Source: a virus (Duplodnaviria > Caudoviricetes). From it: a stretch of DNA of 60,223 bases. The notes under the pieces are model-generated. The model ran no database searches. It was not told the DNA's origin and saw nothing but the letters and a program-made list of their open reading frames with translations. The stretch is from IMG/VR virus record IMGVR_UViG_3300027956_000009, positions 1 through 60,223 of that record. The stretch is one strand, 5' to 3'. Of this stretch, positions 55,604-60,223 are shown in pieces. The number at the start of each line of letters is the position of its first letter. Within the stretch, counting starts at the first letter, position 1. Both the position numbers and the translations under genes were made by a program.

Positions 55604-57409
55604 TTAGTCCAAATACGCGTGTCTTGACCTGCTAACCACGTCGAGATCCCTCATCGTTCTCGGCGTTGACCGACCGAATACACCCATTTCCGTTTTGTTC
55701 GGAGCGTCCACCGCAACCAGCCCATGCCGCTGCCTTGCCAGATCCAACGCGATAAATGCGGCGTCGGCGATGTCCGGCGACTGCCCCATACGCTGCTTGA
55801 GTTCAGCTTTAGTTTCGACTTTGACGCGCAGGTTACCGGATTTAACCATCTCGTAGCGCCTGATGCACATCTCCTTCGCCAGCACGTCACTGATTCCCAT
55901 TATCTGTTTGGTGCGTAGAAACTCTTTGCCAACAAACCACAGCTCCGACACACGATTGGTGTAGAGTTCCTCTCCAGTTAGTTTGCTGTTCATACTAACC
56001 CGCCTATCTGAAGCCTTTCCTCCGAACTGCACGCGCAGGAATTGGTCTGACCACTCTCCCGCTAGAACGTCACAGAACGGTGAGCCTGCTCCAGTTGAGT
56101 CAATGGCGACGTTTTCTGGTTTGATCCCTAAGCGTATACAGGTGTCTCGTATTTGGTGAACGATCTGATACGTCCTCGGCACTGCCTTGTTAGTCGCATC
56201 ATCATTTAGACTTATGTATTCTTCGAACTGCATGCCATATTGCCCGTCCGCGAACTGACCGATCCTAGCGGTGTACATGATCGTCCTGTCTCCGCCGTTG
56301 GTAAACGCCGGATCGACCCCCGCTATTAACGCAGTAGGACCAACAAACTCGGATCTCTTCATACCATTCGCCTTGAGTATCTCGGACTCACCGTAGATAC
56401 CTTCCGCCTCATCGCTGTCAAAGAACACAGCACGGACCATTCGCATGTACGCACGGCTAGTCTCACCCAACAGCGCCTTATCCTCTGCAATCTTCTCAAT
56501 GGTGGGCAAGAACGGGTATACCGTGTAACCAGCCGCTACGTTGGGGCTGCGTTCGCCGTCCAGTCGGATGTACTTGCCGCCCCACTTCGTAACCCATTCG
56601 TCGTCTACGTCTGGCGTAATAGACTCCCATCCTTCTTTCGGTGTAGACCAAACGCCGAACGAGTCGAAGCGACTTGCAGGGTTGGACAGGCCTTTGAACT
56701 CAAAACGAGGGTTCTTACTCAAGTTGGCAAGTGCGGCCTGTTGAATGGCCTCACTGAGTTCTCCTAATTCGTCACCGATTAGGAGGACGTGCTTTTGTTT
56801 GAGACCAATGAATTTACCAATAGCCTCACGTGTGCGGCTTTTTTCCGCAGCGATAAGCGAAAGACCTGCTCTATCGAAGGTCTGACCATTCTCATCAATG
56901 TAGTTAGCACTGCCTATTGAATCCCGAATGTTGATCGGGGCTCCGTCGATAACGGACAGTAGGGAGATCACCGAACCCCAGATCCGCTTACGTGCCTCAC
57001 GTAAGGTGGTGCTTGTCATCAAGACTAGAGTATCACGCGGTCTCGCCAGCCATGTGATGATGCCGTAGCCAGCGAGGGTATGGCTCTTGCCGCTGGACGC
57101 CGCGCCCCCGATCGCCAAATATTTGTTGTCGATGCACTCACGGATAATCTGCTCCGCCCACGGATGCTTGAGGAACATGTGTTCAGGCAGGTCGTCCCTG
57201 TTCCAGAGCAAATCCGCCACGCGCCAGAAATAGAACTCCTTCGCCTTGTTGGACGGATGGTTGGCAAAACCCCACAACAGAGCGGTAAGGGTGTTGGTTA
57301 CAGGAATTAAGAAACCCCCAACGTCCATTTTGTTTGTAGCGGGGTCTATGCGTGGCTCCAGCACGGAGGTTGAGACCTTGTCGGGATCGTATTTTCTTGG
57401 TCGGCCCAT
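55604..57409 (-). CDS. terL: Terminase large subunit
   Basis: Walker A GAASSGKS, Walker B LLIGDE, coupling motif LSNP, nuclease GVDPA..GGD, IDSTG, SPDIADA. Confidence 0.9.
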   Translation of the reverse strand: MGRPRKYDPDKVSTSVLEPRIDPATNKMDVGGFLIPVTNTLTALLWGFANHPSNKAKEFYFWRVADLLWNRDDLPEHMFLKHPWAEQIIRECIDNKYLAIGGAASSGKSHTLAGYGIITWLARPRDTLVLMTSTTLREARKRIWGSVISLLSVIDGAPINIRDSIGSANYIDENGQTFDRAGLSLIAAEKSRTREAIGKFIGLKQKHVLLIGDELGELSEAIQQAALANLSKNPRFEFKGLSNPASRFDSFGVWSTPKEGWESITPDVDDEWVTKWGGKYIRLDGERSPNVAAGYTVYPFLPTIEKIAEDKALLGETSRAYMRMVRAVFFDSDEAEGIYGESEILKANGMKRSEFVGPTALIAGVDPAFTNGGDRTIMYTARIGQFADGQYGMQFEEYISLNDDATNKAVPRTYQIVHQIRDTCIRLGIKPENVAIDSTGAGSPFCDVLAGEWSDQFLRVQFGGKASDRRVSMNSKLTGEELYTNRVSELWFVGKEFLRTKQIMGISDVLAKEMCIRRYEMVKSGNLRVKVETKAELKQRMGQSPDIADAAFIALDLARQRHGLVAVDAPNKTEMGVFGRSTPRTMRDLDVVSRSRHAYLD

Positions 57410-57484
57410 AAGTAAAGTGAAGTGGAGGCTACGACATTAAAAAAGTTTGACAAGTAATAGTTTATACTCTTCTCTGGCTTATAT

Positions 57485-58090
57485 ATGCCCGCAAGAAAAA
57501 AAGAGCTAACGCCAACAGCGAAGCTACGCAAAGGACAAGCTGAACGTCGGCAAGCTAAAGCGTCGAGAACCCAACGTGCCATCGAGCTGTATCAGCAAGG
57601 CGTGATGAAGATTCGTATTGCCGAGCAACTTGGCGTCAGCACTGACACGGTTTGTCGGTGGCTTAAAAACGTAATAGTAGACAAACCAGACAGCGAAGCC
57701 GAACCATTTGCCAAAAACCTTGAGGACTCCACCACTGCCGTAGTTGCCGACGCTAAACTGGCGGCGCGAGACGTGGAGCAGCAAGCCTTGTTGGAAGTGG
57801 CCGAGAATCAATCCAGTCCGGCGGACAAGTATCAAGCCTACGTCGCGGCGAGTGCAATTAAAATGCTGCGCGACAACCTGATAAACGTACGTGGTCCGAG
57901 AACCGTCCGCGAGTTATCAGAACTTGACCAGTTGATCCGCCGCAACCTCGGCCTCAACCCTAAAGGTGGAAGCGGTGGGTCGGGATCACTCACTATTGAC
58001 GTCTCGATACTCAATAACAGCAGGGCAACCAACGGAGGCAGCGCTTCCGTAATCATAGACGCAGAAGAGTCCGATGGGTCAGATGAATGA
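57485..58090 (+). CDS. HTH DNA-binding protein, candidate terminase small subunit
   Basis: AIELYQQG...IAEQLGVSTDTVCRWL helix-turn-helix plus a helical region; head-to-head with terL. Confidence 0.6.
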   Translation: MPARKKELTPTAKLRKGQAERRQAKASRTQRAIELYQQGVMKIRIAEQLGVSTDTVCRWLKNVIVDKPDSEAEPFAKNLEDSTTAVVADAKLAARDVEQQALLEVAENQSSPADKYQAYVAASAIKMLRDNLINVRGPRTVRELSELDQLIRRNLGLNPKGGSGGSGSLTIDVSILNNSRATNGGSASVIIDAEESDGSDE

Positions 58091-58586
58091 TGACACTGTT
58101 ATCGTAGGTATTGACAACGGGATCAGTGGTGGTCTTTGCGCCGTGGCGGCGTTTGATGGCGCTGTGCTCACATACAGAGCCATGCCCATTAAAACGGAAG
58201 CAGGCAAATCCGAAGTAGATGTTAGAGCCCTACTCGACTGGTTAGAGCCCTACAGAAATAATATGGTTGTCTGCGTTGAGGAACCACTCAAGCATGCCAA
58301 ATCTTCGCAAGCGATGCGGTCCATGAGCATTTCGTTCGGTCTTATACTAGGCGCGTGCGAAGCTAAACAGTTTGAAGTAATCAGGACTCAAGTGAAAGAG
58401 TGGCAGGATGTGATGCTCGGCAAGAGACTTGCGAAGGGTATGACCAAGGTCGCCGCCCTAGCCTCCGCCAACAGACTGTGGCCTACAGAACAATGGCTGG
58501 CCACCACTAGAAGCAAAACGCCTCACGACGGAATGATTGACGCCGCTCTGATCGCACGCTACAATCGAGATCGCCAACTAACATGA
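58083..58586 (+). CDS. RuvC-like Holliday junction resolvase
   Basis: VGIDNG..GG, VEE, W, HDGMIDAALIA. Confidence 0.85.
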   Translation: MNDDTVIVGIDNGISGGLCAVAAFDGAVLTYRAMPIKTEAGKSEVDVRALLDWLEPYRNNMVVCVEEPLKHAKSSQAMRSMSISFGLILGACEAKQFEVIRTQVKEWQDVMLGKRLAKGMTKVAALASANRLWPTEQWLATTRSKTPHDGMIDAALIARYNRDRQLT

Positions 58587-58813
58587 ATCGAAGCTACATC
58601 ATAAACGCTCTTGAGGCTATTATCGAAGACGTCACAGGGTTTACCGTGAAACTTCCTTTTAGTAACGAGCTTGAAGCGTTCTTCGAGCCTGACGAGTTTG
58701 TCGCTTTTAGAGACATGGTAGCCGAAGAGTTTGACTTACCGGACTACTCTATCGTTGATACTGCCGAAACATTCCGAGAGCTGATTGTTCTTTTGGAAGA
58801 CGAACTTTTCTAA
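58583..58813 (+). CDS. Small acidic protein with an acyl-carrier-protein-like pattern
   Basis: 76 aa; ...VAEEFDL...AETFRELIVLLE mirrors ACP helices II-IV but lacks the DSL serine. Confidence 0.45.
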   Translation: MNRSYIINALEAIIEDVTGFTVKLPFSNELEAFFEPDEFVAFRDMVAEEFDLPDYSIVDTAETFRELIVLLEDELF

Positions 58814-58821
58814 AGAAATAA

Positions 58822-58850
58822 TTGACAGGTCGATGCGTTCAGAGTAGTTA
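58822..58850 (+). promoter_or_regulatory. sigma70-like promoter heading the modular ORF array
   Basis: TTGACA-17 bp-TAGTTA. Confidence 0.5.
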
Positions 58851-58881
58851 GGGGCTTCCAACCCCTAACCACGAAGGAACT

Positions 58882-59205
58882 ATGAACACTGAACAACAAC
58901 GCAAAGAGTTTGAGGAATGGCTGGCGACAGTCAAATATGACAATAGCAACATCTTATCTCCAAGCAATCTTGCATGGGAAGCATGGCAAGCTGCGAGAGA
59001 GCAAGTCACCGAGCAGCGGGACAGGCTGGCAGATCTCGTAAAACAATTCATATACATCCTAGACATCACTGAAGAAAGCGACAGTGGGCGATTGTTTCAT
59101 CCGACTAACATCACAAGTTGCAGAGCAGGTGACCTCCAGAAAATTGGAGAGCTTGTGGAAGCATTAAGAAGAGCTAGTAGAACAACCAACCCGAACGAAC
59201 TATGA
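58882..59205 (+). CDS. Modular hypothetical protein
   Basis: EFEEW...AWEAWQAA plus shared EQRDRLA module. Confidence 0.65.
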   Translation: MNTEQQRKEFEEWLATVKYDNSNILSPSNLAWEAWQAAREQVTEQRDRLADLVKQFIYILDITEESDSGRLFHPTNITSCRAGDLQKIGELVEALRRASRTTNPNEL

Positions 59206-59663
59206 ACAAGATTGAATCAGCATACAAAGAAATGATGGGGACTTGCAGCCCGTCGATGATTGCTTACTGCATGAAGGACAAAGCACTAGAACTAGAACGC
59301 GAACTCACCGCCGCCCGTGCCGAAATTGAACGCTTGGACACAGTTGGAATACACTCTTGCCACGATAACTGCCAGCGTTGGACTTGCGTGTTGCGTAGGG
59401 AACGGGATGAGTTGGCAACATGTCTAGCGTCCGAGAAAATCACCCGCAACCATATAGTTGAGCTAGCTTCTGAGACGGAACGTGAACTCGCCGCCGTCAC
59501 CTACCAGCGTGACAGGCTGGCGGAGGCTTGCAAAAAACTTATGGCTATAATTGGTGAGCCGAACTCCCTAATAGATGATTGCTGGGTATCTGAGGATGAG
59601 ATGGACGAAGCATGGAACATCGCTGACGAAGCCCTCCAATCCCTAACCAAGAAGGAACTATGA
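59202..59663 (+). CDS. Modular coiled-coil hypothetical protein
   Basis: ERELTAA, QRDRLAEA and EALQSLTKKEL modules. Confidence 0.65.
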   Translation: MNKIESAYKEMMGTCSPSMIAYCMKDKALELERELTAARAEIERLDTVGIHSCHDNCQRWTCVLRRERDELATCLASEKITRNHIVELASETERELAAVTYQRDRLAEACKKLMAIIGEPNSLIDDCWVSEDEMDEAWNIADEALQSLTKKEL

Positions 59664-59932
59664 ACACAATTACAGAGAATCGTTACAAATTAGCAATATA
59701 TGATATGCCTTATGATACAAATAACCGCATGAATTATAAGGCTTGGAAAACTATTAAATTATTAAAATTATTAGCCGAAGAACAAGAAACTAGAGCAACC
59801 ACAGCCGAGAAACAGCGCGACAGGCTGGCTGAGGCTCTACGGAACTGTCTACCGTTCATTACTGGTGACGGTTGCGGAGAATACAGCGATGCCCGCGAAG
59901 CCCTCCAATCCCTAACCACGAAGGAACTATGA
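59660..59932 (+). CDS. Modular hypothetical protein
   Basis: AT-rich unique N-terminus plus QRDRLAEAL and EALQSLTTKEL. Confidence 0.65.
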   Translation: MNTITENRYKLAIYDMPYDTNNRMNYKAWKTIKLLKLLAEEQETRATTAEKQRDRLAEALRNCLPFITGDGCGEYSDAREALQSLTTKEL

Positions 59933-60223
59933 ATGAAGAACAACAAAGAATCGCCATTGCTGAAGCGTGTGGGTTTATCAATGTCAGAATGTGGAGTGAA
60001 TCCTGTATTGCCTCGATGGGGGTAAGTGATGAAGGTAAATACTGGGGGAGTCTAGGAGTTCCCGACTACCTCAATGACCTGAACGCGATGCATGACGCGG
60101 AGAAAGTTATCGGACCAATTAAAGGCATCGAATTTTGTTACCACCTGAATGAAATGGGTATGTCTGGCGAATGGGAGATATTGACAGCGACCGCAGCTCA
60201 ACGTGCAGAGGCTTTTCTCCGCA
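59929..60223 (+). CDS. Partial (3'-truncated) hypothetical phage protein
   Basis: Manual translation MNEEQQRIAIAEACG...PDYLNDLNAMHDAEK...ATAAQRAEAFLR, open to the window end. Confidence 0.65.
   Translation, partial: MNEEQQRIAIAEACGFINVRMWSESCIASMGVSDEGKYWGSLGVPDYLNDLNAMHDAEKVIGPIKGIEFCYHLNEMGMSGEWEILTATAAQRAEAFLR

Larger units (their letters stand above)
1..60223. mobile_element. Near-complete tailed dsDNA bacteriophage genome (podovirus-like), circularly permuted
   Basis: Terminase, portal, scaffold, capsid, tail fibre, lysis and replication genes present; no host housekeeping genes; no tape measure or sheath recognised; ORFs at both ends share repeat motifs. Confidence 0.95.

Noticed and set aside
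1-60223. tRNA/rRNA genes, integrase or att site, alternative genetic code
   Set aside because: No cloverleaf or recombinase motifs noticed in the few intergenic gaps; standard-code ORFs tile the window with all three stop codons used; a tRNAscan/HMM run would be needed to exclude them fully

Overview
The window is a nearly complete, circularly permuted ~60 kb tailed dsDNA phage genome with a podovirus-like gene set. Both ends fall inside the same array of small modular ORFs. The host is probably Gram-negative (spanin-like pair) and makes little use of Shine-Dalgarno sites; this is inferred. Four blocks are visible. (1) A + strand replication block (57.5 kb to the end, then 1-9.3 kb): HTH protein, RuvC-like resolvase, SF2 helicase, Cas4/DUF2800-like nuclease, putative SSB, family A DNA polymerase, primase-helicase. 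(2) A - strand morphogenesis/lysis block (28.7 to 9.3 kb): spanin-like pair, portal, scaffold, major capsid, holin candidates, amidase, LRR protein, tail fibre, Ser-repeat tail protein. (3) A + strand early/host-takeover island (28.9-38.8 kb) punctuated by repeated palindromes and heptamer arrays, encoding an amidoligase, a GATase-GGCT fusion and a MoxR-type AAA + DUF2201/VWA module. (4) A - strand block (57.4 to 38.8 kb): large terminase, putative ejection proteins and a 4532-aa polyvalent protein with a zincin protease and an ADP-ribosyltransferase-like domain. No integrase, reverse transcriptase, tRNA or CRISPR array was recognised. The most unusual signals are: a symmetric ~340-aa Ser-rich octapeptide insert that could form a very long beta-hairpin/beta-barrel; an LRR with constant scaffold and variable concave face; two small paralogues ending in a copy of the scaffold's C-terminal helix; a four-copy palindrome in front of the first early genes; CCTG-N3 heptamer arrays at gene junctions; and a ~100-bp AT-rich element present once in each late block. 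All family calls come from motif recognition by eye; no searches were run.
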